A DNA stretch of 64,000 bases from Arcobacteraceae bacterium (lineage in GTDB: Bacteria > Campylobacterota > Campylobacteria > Campylobacterales > Arcobacteraceae). The notes beneath the pieces were generated by a model. It did no database searches, had not been told where the DNA came from, and was given only the letters and a program-made list of their open reading frames with translations. How positions within the stretch are numbered: the first letter of the stretch is position 1; every line of letters starts with the position of its first letter. The DNA is taken from contig OY759974.1 in NCBI GenBank assembly GCA_963662945.1, positions 512,001 to 576,000 on the forward strand, given 5' to 3'. The position numbers and the translations under genes were made by a program. Shown here one piece after another: positions 18,355-29,805 of this stretch.

Positions 18355-18957
18355 TTATTTTAAAATTATATTAATAATTTTCATAGCTAAATACAATGCT
18401 TGTACTCTGTGTCCTATTTTTTTCTTAATATTTTCATCCAAAACACCTAATGTTGTATCATACCCATTTGGAATAAATAATGGGTCATATCCAAAACCAC
18501 ACTCACCTATAGATTTATCAATAACATCTCCATACAGCCAACCGTGTGTAGTATAAATATTATTTTGATAAGCGATTGCTAAACAAGCAGTATAAAATGC
18601 TTCTGTTCTCTTTATATCTTTTTCCTGTAATTTCATAATAAGTTTTTGATTATTTTCTTCATCAGTTGCATTCATTCCTGCATATCTTGCACTATATATA
18701 TTTGGTTCATTATCTAAAATGGGTACTGTTAACCCACTATCATCAGCTATTACTATAGAATCATTTTCCCCGATCTCTTGAAGTTTTTTAATTACAGCTT
18801 TTGCTTTTATAATCGCATTCTCTTTAAAACTCTTTCCATCTTCAACAATTTCAAAACTTCCTAATAAATCACTATATGCAACTACCTCAACATCTGGTAA
18901 TAATTTTTGAATCTCTTTTATTTTCCCTTTATTTGATGAGGCTAATACTATCTTCAT
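18355..18957 (-). CDS. rdgB: Non-canonical purine NTP pyrophosphatase RdgB/Ham1
   Basis: SSNKGK, ADDSGL, SARYAG, FGYDP. Confidence 0.93.
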   Translation of the reverse strand: MKIVLASSNKGKIKEIQKLLPDVEVVAYSDLLGSFEIVEDGKSFKENAIIKAKAVIKKLQEIGENDSIVIADDSGLTVPILDNEPNIYSARYAGMNATDEENNQKLIMKLQEKDIKRTEAFYTACLAIAYQNNIYTTHGWLYGDVIDKSIGECGFGYDPLFIPNGYDTTLGVLDENIKKKIGHRVQALYLAMKIINIILK

Positions 18958-19066
18958 ACACTATCCTAAATAATTTTTTAAAATATTAACATAATAACTT
19001 TTACATTTAAACCAATTAACTTACATTTAGATATAATCGCAAAAATTTATTATAAGGCTTATTCAA

Positions 19067-20395
19067 ATGTTTAAAACTATTATGCCATTAAGTTTAATTA
19101 TCTCATTTAGATTTTTAGGACTTTTTATAGTGCTTCCATTGATTTCTGTATATGCACTAAGTTTACCAGGTGCTACAACAACATTAGTTGGTATAGTAAT
19201 AGGTGGTTATGCGATAACTCAAATGATTTTTCAAGTTCCATTTGGAATCATTAGTGACAAATTAGGAAGAAAAGAAACAATTATTATGGGACTATTGCTT
19301 TTTGCAATTGGTTCTATTCTTTGTGCTATTGCTACAGATATGCTTACTCTTTTATTAGGTAGATTTTTGCAAGGTGCTGGTGCTATTGGTGCAGTTGTTA
19401 CTGCTATGATTAGTGACTTAGTTAAAGAGGAACAACGACCAAAAGCTATGGCTTTAATGGGTGGAAGTATTGCAGCAAGTTTTGCATTAGCAATGTTATT
19501 AGGTCCAATTATTGGAGCATATGCAGGAATTGGAAGTTTATTTTGGCTTACAGCACTATTAGCTATTGGTTCAATTTTTATTTTAGTAAAACTTGTACCA
19601 AATGCACCTCATGTAACTCATACTTATCATAACCATAGTAAAACAGCATTTTTAGTAAAGCCTGAGCTTATCAAAATGAACATCACAAATTTTTTACAAA
19701 AAGGGATGATGACTTTTGCTTTTATGATAATACCAATTATCCTTACTAAATCATTTGATTGGGAATTAACTGATCTTTGGAAAATATATCTTCCAGCTAT
19801 GATTGCTGGAGTTTTAGCTATGGGACCAGCAGCAGTAATGGCTGAGAAAAAAGGAAAATTTAAAGAAGTATTATTACTTGGAATTGTATTTTTTGCATTA
19901 TCATTTTCTTTTATTGGATATGCAAATACACAAGTATTCTTTTTAGTAGGTATCATAATATTTTTTATCGGATTTAATATGCATGAACCAATTATGCAAA
20001 GTTTAACTACAAGATATATCAAAGTTCATGAAAAAGGGAAAGTTTTAGGTGTATTTAACTCTTTTGGTTATCTTGGTACATTCGTTGGTGGTTTTGTTGG
20101 TGGTATTTATTTAAAAGAGATTGATGGAAGTTTTATACAAAGTTTACATGATATTTCAATTGTTGTTGTAATAATTTCAATATTATGGTTATTGTTAATT
20201 TTAACTTTACCAAATCCTTTAAAGAAAAGAAATCTCTATCTTCATATAGAAAATTGTGATGAAAATAAATATACACAATTAGATACATTAAATGGAATTG
20301 ATGAATGGTATTTAAATAATACAGAAAAACTTTTAGTTATCAAATATGATCAAGAATTAATCAGTGAAGAAACAATTAAAAAAACAATAGAATAA
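19067..20395 (+). CDS. MFS transporter (YajR-like)
   Basis: SDKLGRK motif A, GRFLQG, 12 hydrophobic segments, soluble C-terminal tail. Confidence 0.88.
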   Translation: MFKTIMPLSLIISFRFLGLFIVLPLISVYALSLPGATTTLVGIVIGGYAITQMIFQVPFGIISDKLGRKETIIMGLLLFAIGSILCAIATDMLTLLLGRFLQGAGAIGAVVTAMISDLVKEEQRPKAMALMGGSIAASFALAMLLGPIIGAYAGIGSLFWLTALLAIGSIFILVKLVPNAPHVTHTYHNHSKTAFLVKPELIKMNITNFLQKGMMTFAFMIIPIILTKSFDWELTDLWKIYLPAMIAGVLAMGPAAVMAEKKGKFKEVLLLGIVFFALSFSFIGYANTQVFFLVGIIIFFIGFNMHEPIMQSLTTRYIKVHEKGKVLGVFNSFGYLGTFVGGFVGGIYLKEIDGSFIQSLHDISIVVVIISILWLLLILTLPNPLKKRNLYLHIENCDENKYTQLDTLNGIDEWYLNNTEKLLVIKYDQELISEETIKKTIE

Positions 20396-20456
20396 TTATT
20401 AATATTTTATTAATAGATTTTATATACAATATCACATATTGTCACTAGGAAAATAG

Positions 20457-23400
20457 ATGTTTGAAAAATTTTTACGATTTTTTGTTGATAACTCAAGAAT
20501 GAATTATGTTCTTTTTATTTTAATTTTTGCTTTAGGTATTTGGTCTTATATAAAAATGCCAAAAGAGATCTTTCCAACATTTGATATGGACATGATTTCA
20601 ATCAGTGGTTCTTATACTGGTGCAAGTGTTGATATTCTTGATAAAATGGCAGTAAGTGAAATTGAAGATAATGTTAAATCTTTAGAAGGAGTTATAGAAA
20701 CGACAACTGTAATTAGTCCTGGTAAATTTACTATTATCTTGGAACTTCAAAAGGGAAAAGATCGATATAATATGGCAGATAAAGTTAAAGATGCTGTTGC
20801 TTTAACTAAAGGAGATCTTCCTAGTGATATGGATGAACCAACAGTAAGTGTTGTAGAAAGAAGTAGAGATTTAATCAATATTTCTCTTACATCTGACAAA
20901 TTTACTGTAGATCAAATGAAAAAATTTGCTGATGATTTCAAAAGTCAAATATTAACTATTAGTGGTATAAGTGAAGTAACAGTTTTTGGAGATAGCGATA
21001 AATATTATGAAATCCTTTTAGATGATAAAAAACTTGAAGCTTATGATATAGATAAAAATGAACTTTTTAATACTATTGGAACCTTATCGTATATATTTCC
21101 TATTGGAAAAATTGAAGGGACAACTAAACATTATTATATTTCTACATACAATGGAGCAAAAACTGCTAATGAGCTAGCAAATACACTTATAAAACTATCC
21201 AATGCAACACTCTATTTACGAGATATTGCAACGATTAAAAAAAGGTATGAAGACTCAGACACTCTTTACTCTTTCAATGGAAAAGATTCTATTTCCCTTG
21301 CTGTAAAGCAACTAGATACTGCAAATGCCATGAAGATATCTGAAGATATCAAACAACTTATTCAAAAAGTACAACCAAAACAGCCAAATATAGAGATTAG
21401 TATTAGTGATGATAATAGTGATAGGATAAAAGAAAGACTTGATATTGTAGGTTCTAATATTTTAATTGGAATCATTGCAATAGTTGTTCTAATTTGGTTA
21501 CTTATTAATGCCCGAATGTCATTTATAATCTTTATAGGTATCCCTACATCTTTTGTTATAGCTGCAGTTTACATGTATCTTTTTGGTTATAGTATTAATC
21601 TAATTTCACTAGTAGGAGTACTTATAGCCATAGGTATTGTTGTTGATGATGCTATAGTTGTAAGTGAGAATATTCAACAACATATTGAAGATGGTTGGGA
21701 ACCCAAGGAAGCTGCCATTGCAGGAGCCAAAGAGATGGTAGAACCTGTTACGATTGCTAGTCTTACGACACTTTTTTCATTTTTACCAGCTTTAATGATA
21801 AGTGGTACTATGGGAGAAGTTATGAAACTTATACCTATTGCACTCTCAGCACTTGTAGTTGCATCTCTAATAGAAACATTTTTATTCCTTCCAATTCACG
21901 CAGCACACACTCTAAAAAATGGCGCTAAAGTTACTGATTGGTCAAAAATAAATCTTACATATAATTATGCAATCCATTTTTTTATGCGATGGAAAAAATC
22001 ATTTTTAGTTATATTTATAATTTTAGTACCTTTATTAACAGCTATAATGGTTAAAAACTCAAAATTTCAAATGTTTCCAACTTTTGATGCTGATGACATT
22101 AAAATATCAATTAAAGCAAATCAAAATACAACATTAGAAGAATCTTTTGAAATAGTGAAGAAAATTGAAGCTGATCTTATTGCAAAAAAAGAACAATATC
22201 ATATTAAAAGTATTGATTCAAGAGCTGGTTATAGAAAAGACAGTGGAAACAATACAGAAAAATTTTCTTATGTAATGTATATGACTGTCGAATTAGAAAA
22301 ACTTAAAGCTAATAATATTTTAGATAAATATATAACACCTTACTTAAGTATTTATTATAATCCAGATGAAAGAAAAAGAACTTTAACCTCCCAAGAACTC
22401 TCTCGTGAATTAACAAAGTTTTTAAATGAAAAAGATTATAAAAAACAATTTAATCTTACTGATATATCTGTATTAGAAAGAAAAGTAGGACCTATTAAAG
22501 CAGACATTAAAATAGGACTTGTTTCAAGTGATGACACAAAAATTATTAAATCATTAGAGTTACTCACTAAAGAATTAAAAGCCATAGATGGAACGAAATC
22601 TGTTGCAAATTCTGCAAAGCTTGGAATTGATGAAATAAAACTAAAAGTTAATGCATATGGAGAACAACTAGGGATAACCGAATCAAGTATCGGAACTTAT
22701 CTTTCAAATCTCTATCTTACAAAGAAAAAATCAGTTTCATTTGATATTAAAGATATGCTTGATATTAAAATAGAATCCTTGAATAAAGATGATTTTGAAA
22801 CATTTAAAAAAACACCTATTCCAATCAATAATGGAACAGTTAGATTAAATGAAATATGTGATTTTATTGTTAAAAAATCTTTTGAACAACTCACAAAGGA
22901 TAACGGTGAAAAAAACTTTTATATTTATGCAAATGTGGACACAAAAATCATTACTTCTTCAGAAGTTATGGAAAAAATCCAACCACTTTTAGATGAAATT
23001 CAAAAAAATGGTATCAAAATAGTTCTCAAAGGAGAAGCTAAAAAGAAAAAAGAATTAGCCCAAGATATGTTAGCTGCAGTAGCATTAGCTTTAACACTTA
23101 TTATGCTTTCTATGTTATATTTATTTAACTCATTTAGAGAAACAGCAATTTTAATGTCAGTTATACCTTTTTCATTTTTAGGAGTACTTATTGGTCATCA
23201 ACTCTTAGGTTTAAATCTTTCAATGCCATCAATAATTGGAGCTTTAGGATTAGCAGGTGTTGTTATAAATGATGGTATTATTATGATGACTTATTTAAAA
23301 AAAGCTAAAACAATCGAAGATGTATTTATACGAGCAACAAAAAGGTTCAGACCAATTGTTCTTACAACTGTAACAACACTCATAGGAATGAGTTCATTAA

Positions 23401-23534
23401 TCTTTTTTGCTACAGGACAAGCAGTCATCTTCCAACCAATTGCCATAGCTCTTGGATTTGGACTTGCATGGGGAACAATATTAAATCTTATATATCTTCC
23501 TGTATTATATACTTTTGCACACAGATTAAAATAG
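20457..23534 (+). CDS. AcrB/AcrD/AcrF-family RND permease
   Basis: IVVDDAIVVSENI, RFRPIVLTT, 1025 aa. Confidence 0.92.
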   Translation: MFEKFLRFFVDNSRMNYVLFILIFALGIWSYIKMPKEIFPTFDMDMISISGSYTGASVDILDKMAVSEIEDNVKSLEGVIETTTVISPGKFTIILELQKGKDRYNMADKVKDAVALTKGDLPSDMDEPTVSVVERSRDLINISLTSDKFTVDQMKKFADDFKSQILTISGISEVTVFGDSDKYYEILLDDKKLEAYDIDKNELFNTIGTLSYIFPIGKIEGTTKHYYISTYNGAKTANELANTLIKLSNATLYLRDIATIKKRYEDSDTLYSFNGKDSISLAVKQLDTANAMKISEDIKQLIQKVQPKQPNIEISISDDNSDRIKERLDIVGSNILIGIIAIVVLIWLLINARMSFIIFIGIPTSFVIAAVYMYLFGYSINLISLVGVLIAIGIVVDDAIVVSENIQQHIEDGWEPKEAAIAGAKEMVEPVTIASLTTLFSFLPALMISGTMGEVMKLIPIALSALVVASLIETFLFLPIHAAHTLKNGAKVTDWSKINLTYNYAIHFFMRWKKSFLVIFIILVPLLTAIMVKNSKFQMFPTFDADDIKISIKANQNTTLEESFEIVKKIEADLIAKKEQYHIKSIDSRAGYRKDSGNNTEKFSYVMYMTVELEKLKANNILDKYITPYLSIYYNPDERKRTLTSQELSRELTKFLNEKDYKKQFNLTDISVLERKVGPIKADIKIGLVSSDDTKIIKSLELLTKELKAIDGTKSVANSAKLGIDEIKLKVNAYGEQLGITESSIGTYLSNLYLTKKKSVSFDIKDMLDIKIESLNKDDFETFKKTPIPINNGTVRLNEICDFIVKKSFEQLTKDNGEKNFYIYANVDTKIITSSEVMEKIQPLLDEIQKNGIKIVLKGEAKKKKELAQDMLAAVALALTLIMLSMLYLFNSFRETAILMSVIPFSFLGVLIGHQLLGLNLSMPSIIGALGLAGVVINDGIIMMTYLKKAKTIEDVFIRATKRFRPIVLTTVTTLIGMSSLIFFATGQAVIFQPIAIALGFGLAWGTILNLIYLPVLYTFAHRLK

Positions 23535-23597
23535 ATTAAATGAACTATAATCATCTTTTAGCTAAACTTATTGTCTATTTTTTATTAAGGAAAAACA

Positions 23598-25826
23598 TTG
23601 TTTAAAAAAATTATTTTACTCTCAACCCTTTATAGCACCTTACTTTTTAGTGATGGTACATTTGAAAACATTCAATTTGAAGGATTAACACAGATATCAA
23701 AAGAAGTTGCCTTAGAAACTATTAAATTAAAACAAGAAAATCATTATACAAATGACGAAATAAATGAGGCAATAAATAAATTTTATACTTTCAATTATTT
23801 TCAAGATATATCTGTAACAACACAAGGAAATGATTTAGTTTTTAACTTTAAAGAATATCCATTTATATCACAACTTGAGATGACTGGTTATAAAAATAGA
23901 GAAGATGATTTAGAAGTATTGTATACAGCAATGAATATAAAAAAAGGTGCAATGTATACGAAGAAAAGAATAGAATCTGCAAAAAATGCACTTCTAGCAG
24001 CACTAGATAGAGAAGGATATATAAACTCAGTAGTTGAAGTTGAAGTTGAAGATATTAGTGATACTAGTGTTGCTATAAAATTTAATGTTAATAAAGGTGA
24101 AGAAATCATTATTAAGAAAGTTTTATACAAAGGGGCAACAATATTTACAGATAGTGATTTTGAAACAATGATTGCAAATAAAGAGGAAGATTGTTGTTTC
24201 ACATGGTTTTTTGGACAAAATGATGGTGAAATAAATTTTGAAGAATTACGAATGGATAGCCCACGAATTAGAGAACTTTATTTACAAAATGGTTACTTAG
24301 ATGCGAAAGTTTCTGCTGCTTTTACAAAAATAGATTTTAATGCTAATACTGCTCAAATTGAATATATCATTACAGAAGGTAAACAATATAAAGTTAACGA
24401 TACAATTATTTATATAGATGAAAGTATCGTAAAAAGTGAGACAATCTATCCAAAACTAAAACTTGAAAAAAATGATATATTTGATATTAGCCAATTAAGA
24501 AAAGATCAAGAATATATCAAAACACAAGTTGCAAATCAAGGATATGCTTTTGCCGAAGTAAATTTTGATATTAAACCAAATAAAGAAAATAACACTGTAG
24601 ATATTGTTTATAATGTAATTCCAGGTGATAAAGTATATATCAATGATGTAATCATTGCAGGAAATAGTAGAACATTAGATAGAGTTATTAGAAGAGATAT
24701 TTATTTAGTTCCTGGTGATCTTTTTAATTTAACAGATTTTAAAGATTCTAAAAATAAATTACAAAGAACAGGTTATTTTGAAACAACAGATATTCAACAA
24801 AAAAGAATTAGTTCAGATAAAATGGATTTAATTGTAAATGTTACAGAAGCACCAACTGGAAACCTTATTTTTGGGGGAGGATATGGAAGTTATGAAGGTT
24901 GGATGTTAAATGCCAGCGTTAATGACTCAAATATCTTTGGAAGTGGTATGAATCTTGGGGTATCAATAGATTACTCAAAAATCAATACTGATTTATCTAT
25001 TGCACTTACTAATCCAGCAATTAGAGATAGTGAATACAGTGGTACTATCAAAGTTTATAATGAAGATTCAGAAATAGAAAATTACACTTCAACCTATGGA
25101 GATAGAGATACAAGTAGTACAGGTTTTCTTATAGGAGTTTCAAAAGCAATTGGACGACATACAAGAGCAGGTGTAAATTATGAAATTTCTGATACATCAA
25201 TCCACTATCAATTATTACCTTCAGCAAATGAAGATTTTATTACAAGTGCAATTACACCATATATAAACTTTAATAATACAGATGACTATTTTTTACCAAG
25301 AGAAGGGTTTATTGCGGGAACTAGTTACAAGTTTGCTGGTATTGGAGGAGATGCAAAATATGGCTTAAGTAATACATATTTTAAATATTTTTATGGTTTA
25401 GAAGAGCTCATAGATTATGATGTAATTTTTAGATATAAGAACAATATTAAAATCCTAACAGACAATGGTTTTATGCCAAACAATATGTCATTTGCACTTG
25501 GAGGTCCTAAAAGTTTAAGAGGATATGAATCATATGCATTTCAATCAAGTGATGAAGCAAATCATCCTTATAAACACTTTTTTTCAAATGCAATTGAATT
25601 AAGTTTACCATTAATCCCAAGTGCAAAGATGAGATGGGGTGTATTCTATGACTACGGTATGATAGGTGAAAATAATTTTACAGATATTAAAAGATCTGGA
25701 ACTGGTGCATTTTTATCATGGAATTCACCTGTAGGTCCTATCCAGTTTATCTTCTCACAACCACTTGATGATAAACCAAATGATAAAACATCAAGTTTTG
25801 AATTTAGTTTAGGTGGAAGTTTCTAA
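23598..25826 (+). CDS. bamA: Outer membrane protein assembly factor BamA
   Basis: POTRA repeats (GNSRTLDRVIRR), LRGY loop, WNSPVGP, C-terminal Phe. Confidence 0.95.
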   Translation: MFKKIILLSTLYSTLLFSDGTFENIQFEGLTQISKEVALETIKLKQENHYTNDEINEAINKFYTFNYFQDISVTTQGNDLVFNFKEYPFISQLEMTGYKNREDDLEVLYTAMNIKKGAMYTKKRIESAKNALLAALDREGYINSVVEVEVEDISDTSVAIKFNVNKGEEIIIKKVLYKGATIFTDSDFETMIANKEEDCCFTWFFGQNDGEINFEELRMDSPRIRELYLQNGYLDAKVSAAFTKIDFNANTAQIEYIITEGKQYKVNDTIIYIDESIVKSETIYPKLKLEKNDIFDISQLRKDQEYIKTQVANQGYAFAEVNFDIKPNKENNTVDIVYNVIPGDKVYINDVIIAGNSRTLDRVIRRDIYLVPGDLFNLTDFKDSKNKLQRTGYFETTDIQQKRISSDKMDLIVNVTEAPTGNLIFGGGYGSYEGWMLNASVNDSNIFGSGMNLGVSIDYSKINTDLSIALTNPAIRDSEYSGTIKVYNEDSEIENYTSTYGDRDTSSTGFLIGVSKAIGRHTRAGVNYEISDTSIHYQLLPSANEDFITSAITPYINFNNTDDYFLPREGFIAGTSYKFAGIGGDAKYGLSNTYFKYFYGLEELIDYDVIFRYKNNIKILTDNGFMPNNMSFALGGPKSLRGYESYAFQSSDEANHPYKHFFSNAIELSLPLIPSAKMRWGVFYDYGMIGENNFTDIKRSGTGAFLSWNSPVGPIQFIFSQPLDDKPNDKTSSFEFSLGGSF

Positions 25827-26872
25827 TGTCAAGATTGACAAATAAAGAAGCTTTAGATTTAATTCAAAATGCTTCTCTTATAGATTTAGGAATTATGGCT
25901 AGTGCTAAAAAGTCAGAATTACATCCTAAAAAAGTGACTACTTTTGTTGTTGATAGAAATATAAATTATACAAATATCTGTTGGGTAGATTGTAAATTTT
26001 GTGCTTTTTATCGACATGCAAAAGATGAAGATGCTTATATCTTAACCTATGAAGAGATAGATAAAAAAATAGATGAATTACTTGAAATTGGTGGTACACA
26101 AATTCTTTTTCAAGGTGGAGTTCATCCAAAATTAAAAATAGATTTTTATGAAGATTTAGTTGAACATATTCATAATAAATACCCAACTATTACAATCCAT
26201 GGATTTAGTGCTATTGAAATAGATTATATATCAAAAATCTCAAAAATTAGTTATAACGAAGTATTAGCAAGACTGAAGGCAAAAGGTCTAGCTTCTATTC
26301 CTGGTGCTGGTGCTGAAATTTTAAATGATGATGTAAGAGATATTATAGCACCTAAAAAACTTGATACAAAAGATTGGTTAGAAGTACATAGACAAGCTCA
26401 TTTATTAGATATTAAATCAACTGCAACAATGATGTTTGGAACAGTTGAAACAGATGAACAAATTATCGACCATTGGGATAAAATACGACAACTACAAGAT
26501 GAAACAGGCGGTTTTAGAGCATATATTATGTGGAGTTTTCAATCAGCACATACAAAACTAGCTCAAGAATTACCAAATATACCACATCAAAGTTCAAATA
26601 GATATCTAAGACTTTTAGCAGTTGCAAGACTCTATTTAGATAACTTTCCAAATATACAAAGTTCTTGGGTAACTCAAGGAAGTTATATAGGACAACTTGC
26701 TCTTAAATTTGGTGCAAATGATTTAGGTAGTACTATGATGGAAGAAAATGTGGTAAGTGCTGCAGGAGCAACAAATAGTATGAATCAACAAGAGATGATT
26801 AACTTAATTAGAGATGTGGGGGAAAACCCAGCAAAGAGGGATACTGCTTATAATATTTTAGAAAGATTTTAA
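25826..26872 (+). CDS. mqnC: Cyclic dehypoxanthinyl futalosine synthase (radical SAM)
   Basis: RNINYTNICWVDCKFCAF, QGGVHP, GANDLGSTMMEENVV. Confidence 0.93.
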   Translation: MSRLTNKEALDLIQNASLIDLGIMASAKKSELHPKKVTTFVVDRNINYTNICWVDCKFCAFYRHAKDEDAYILTYEEIDKKIDELLEIGGTQILFQGGVHPKLKIDFYEDLVEHIHNKYPTITIHGFSAIEIDYISKISKISYNEVLARLKAKGLASIPGAGAEILNDDVRDIIAPKKLDTKDWLEVHRQAHLLDIKSTATMMFGTVETDEQIIDHWDKIRQLQDETGGFRAYIMWSFQSAHTKLAQELPNIPHQSSNRYLRLLAVARLYLDNFPNIQSSWVTQGSYIGQLALKFGANDLGSTMMEENVVSAAGATNSMNQQEMINLIRDVGENPAKRDTAYNILERF

Positions 26873-26873
26873 T

Positions 26874-28211
26874 ATGGCATATTCGAAGAATTTGATTTAT
26901 AAAAAACTTTTTACTTTTTACTTTTTACTTTTTATTTTACAAGGAATGTTAATGTCAGCGACGCTAAAACAGATAGATTATAATAATACAGAAATTGCAA
27001 CTATTTACGAAAAAAACAAAAATTTACCAATATTTAATTTACAACTAGTATTTACAAATAGTGGTTACATTAATGATAACACAAAACCTGGAATAACTAA
27101 TATAATTTCACAACTTCTTAATGAAGGAACAAAAACAGATGGAGCTGTAAATTTTGCAAGAAAATTAGAAAATGAGGCTATTTCAATCAGTACCTCAACA
27201 GGCTTTGAAACATTTGTTATAGAAGTTAGCTGTTTAAAAAGTGAGTATAAAGCTGCTTTAAACTTTTTAGCACAACTTCTAAATGATCCAAATATCACAC
27301 AAAAATCATTAGATAAAATTAAGACATTGCAAATAAGTAAACTAAAACAAAAAGAAAATGATTTTGATTATGTTGCATCTTCTCATTTAAAACAAATTAC
27401 TTATAAAAACACCCCTTTAGAATATACTAGTTCAGGAACAATCGAAACAATAACTGCAATAGAACTTAAAGATGTAAAAAAACAATTAAAAACTATTTTA
27501 AACCTTGATAATCTTATTATTGCTGTAGGGGGAGATATTAGTTTTAAGGAGTTTTCATCAGATATATCTCCTATTTTGAAAAACTTACAATCTCTAGGAA
27601 AAACAAATTTTGAAAAAATTGAATATGCTAAAAAATCTCAAGAAAAAATAATTCTCAAAGAAACAGAACAATCATATATCTATTTTTCAAGCCCATTTTT
27701 TATTGATGCAGATTCAAAAGAAAATTATAAAGCAAAAGTTGCTTCTTTTATCCTTGGTGGAAGTGGTTTTGGAAGTCGTCTTATGGAAGAGATACGTGTT
27801 AAAAATGGTCTTGCTTACAGTGCCTATGGACAGATAAAAAACAATAAATCACATAGTAATTTTACTGGATATCTTCAAACAAAACTTGATAACACACAAA
27901 AAGCAAAAGAGATGGTTACTTCAATTGTAAAAGAATTTGTAAAAAATGGTGCTACACAAGAAGAGTTAGATGCAGCAAAAAACTTCTTAAGTGGTAGTGA
28001 ACCTTTACGTACTGAGACATTTTCACAAAGACTTAACAGAGCTTTTCATCTTTATTATAATGGGTTGGCATTTGAGTATCCACAACAAGAATTAGAACTT
28101 ATTGATAAATTATCATTAGAAGATTTAAATACATTTATTAAAGAACACAAAGAGATAGAAGATTTATCATTTTCTATCGTAACAAAAGAAGTTAAAGAGG
28201 AAAAAAATTAA
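26874..28211 (+). CDS. M16 (pitrilysin) family protein, non-catalytic subunit type; alternative start at 26952
   Basis: [28 protein letters not shown]; no HxxEH. Confidence 0.85.
   Translation: MAYSKNLIYKKLFTFYFLLFILQGMLMSATLKQIDYNNTEIATIYEKNKNLPIFNLQLVFTNSGYINDNTKPGITNIISQLLNEGTKTDGAVNFARKLENEAISISTSTGFETFVIEVSCLKSEYKAALNFLAQLLNDPNITQKSLDKIKTLQISKLKQKENDFDYVASSHLKQITYKNTPLEYTSSGTIETITAIELKDVKKQLKTILNLDNLIIAVGGDISFKEFSSDISPILKNLQSLGKTNFEKIEYAKKSQEKIILKETEQSYIYFSSPFFIDADSKENYKAKVASFILGGSGFGSRLMEEIRVKNGLAYSAYGQIKNNKSHSNFTGYLQTKLDNTQKAKEMVTSIVKEFVKNGATQEELDAAKNFLSGSEPLRTETFSQRLNRAFHLYYNGLAFEYPQQELELIDKLSLEDLNTFIKEHKEIEDLSFSIVTKEVKEEKN
26907..26934 (+). repeat. (CTTTTTA)x4 heptamer tandem repeat
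   Basis: Four perfect consecutive copies read directly. Confidence 0.9.
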
Positions 28212-29491
28212 TGTTAAGATTTGCATCAAGTCCAACAGGAGATATGCATATAAGCAACTTAAGAATTGCCTTATTAAATTACATAGCATCAAAACAACTC
28301 AATGTTGAGCTGTTAATCAGAATTGATGATATTAATAAAGAGCAAAATATTGAAGGAAAAGATAAAGAGATTTTAGAAATACTTGCACTTTTTAATATTG
28401 ATTATACAAGAGTTGTTTATCAAAGTGAAAATATAAAATATCATACACAAATGGCTATGAAACTCTTACTTGATAAAAAAGCATTTAATTGTTTTTGTAG
28501 TGATGAATCATTGGAAAAAGATAGACAAAAAGCAGAACAAGAGGGAAAACCTTATGAATATAGTGGATTTTGTGAAACTATCAGTGATGAAACAAAATTC
28601 AATTGTAATGCACCATTTGTAGTAAGACTTAAAAAACCAGAGCATGCAATTAAATTTCACGATTTTTTAAAAAGTGATTGTTCTTACGAACCTTTTGAAG
28701 TGGATAGTTTTGTAATTTTAAAACATGACAAATCTCCAACTTATAATTTTGCATCATCAATTGATGATATGCTCTATGATGTTTCAATGGTTATACAAGA
28801 AGAGGAACAGCTTTGTAATACACCTAAACAGATACATGTAAGAGATTCTTTAGGATATGACAAAGAGGTTCAATATGCGCATATACCAACTATTACAAAT
28901 CTTGTAACAGAAAACTTCTCATCAGTAAAACACCTTGTTGATGACGGATATTTGCCAATTGCAATTGCAAACTATCTAATACTTCTAGGATATGAAACTC
29001 CAAAAGAAATATTTACAATTGAAGAAGCCCTTGAATGGTTTGATATAAATAATATTTCTAAAGAACCAGTAGAATTTGATATAAATAAACTTAACTTTAT
29101 CAATAATGAACATCTAAAAACTATGGATGAATTACGTTTATCTAAAATTTTAGGTTATGCAGATCAAGATATAGGAAAATTAGGAAAAATCTATCTTGAA
29201 GAATGTAATACAATTAAAGAAATAAAATCTAAGATTGATGCAATCTTTAGTAAAAAAGAGAATTTAGAAGATTCTAAAGAAGAATATAAAACAATAAAAG
29301 AGTGTTTAATCAATGCACCTTTTATAGAAGATTTTAATGAACTTACAAAATATATTACAAAAAAAACGATGCTAACTGAGGAACAACTTATGGTACCTTT
29401 ATATTATACTCTTACAGGAGTAAAAAATGGTCCAAATCTTAGTAAGATATATCCATTGATTAAAAACTATTTAGGGGAGATTATAAAATGA
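28211..29491 (+). CDS. Glutamyl-tRNA synthetase 2-like protein with degenerate catalytic motifs
   Basis: [17 protein letters not shown]...IDD, NTPKQ and anticodon-domain LTG...GP are present; KMSKR and RGEDH are absent. Confidence 0.85.
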   Translation: MLRFASSPTGDMHISNLRIALLNYIASKQLNVELLIRIDDINKEQNIEGKDKEILEILALFNIDYTRVVYQSENIKYHTQMAMKLLLDKKAFNCFCSDESLEKDRQKAEQEGKPYEYSGFCETISDETKFNCNAPFVVRLKKPEHAIKFHDFLKSDCSYEPFEVDSFVILKHDKSPTYNFASSIDDMLYDVSMVIQEEEQLCNTPKQIHVRDSLGYDKEVQYAHIPTITNLVTENFSSVKHLVDDGYLPIAIANYLILLGYETPKEIFTIEEALEWFDINNISKEPVEFDINKLNFINNEHLKTMDELRLSKILGYADQDIGKLGKIYLEECNTIKEIKSKIDAIFSKKENLEDSKEEYKTIKECLINAPFIEDFNELTKYITKKTMLTEEQLMVPLYYTLTGVKNGPNLSKIYPLIKNYLGEIIK

Positions 29492-29769
29492 TAGATTCAT
29501 TACTAGTTGCATTTTCAACAATACTAATAACAATTATATCACTTTACAAATGGGTTATAATTATTTCAGCACTATTATCATGGGTACAACCAGACCCATA
29601 TAATCCAATCGTTCAGATGTTATATAGACTAACAGAACCTGCATATGCTATAGTAAGACGATATATACCAACAGTATTTGGCGGAATGGATATGGCACCA
29701 CTTATTCTAATTTTTGCTTTACAATTTTTAGAGATTTTTTTGCAAAGTTTATTTGCGAAAATGTTCTAA
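29488..29769 (+). CDS. yggT: YggT-family membrane protein
   Basis: [21 protein letters not shown]. Confidence 0.92.
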   Translation: MIDSLLVAFSTILITIISLYKWVIIISALLSWVQPDPYNPIVQMLYRLTEPAYAIVRRYIPTVFGGMDMAPLILIFALQFLEIFLQSLFAKMF

Positions 29770-29805
29770 TTTATAATAATTTTTAAAATCAAAGAGGTTT
29801 AATAG

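Noticed and set aside
26874-28211. Loss of HxxEH in the M16 protein as a novelty
   Set aside because: Non-catalytic M16B subunits are common, and one is normally found next to mqnC in this phylum
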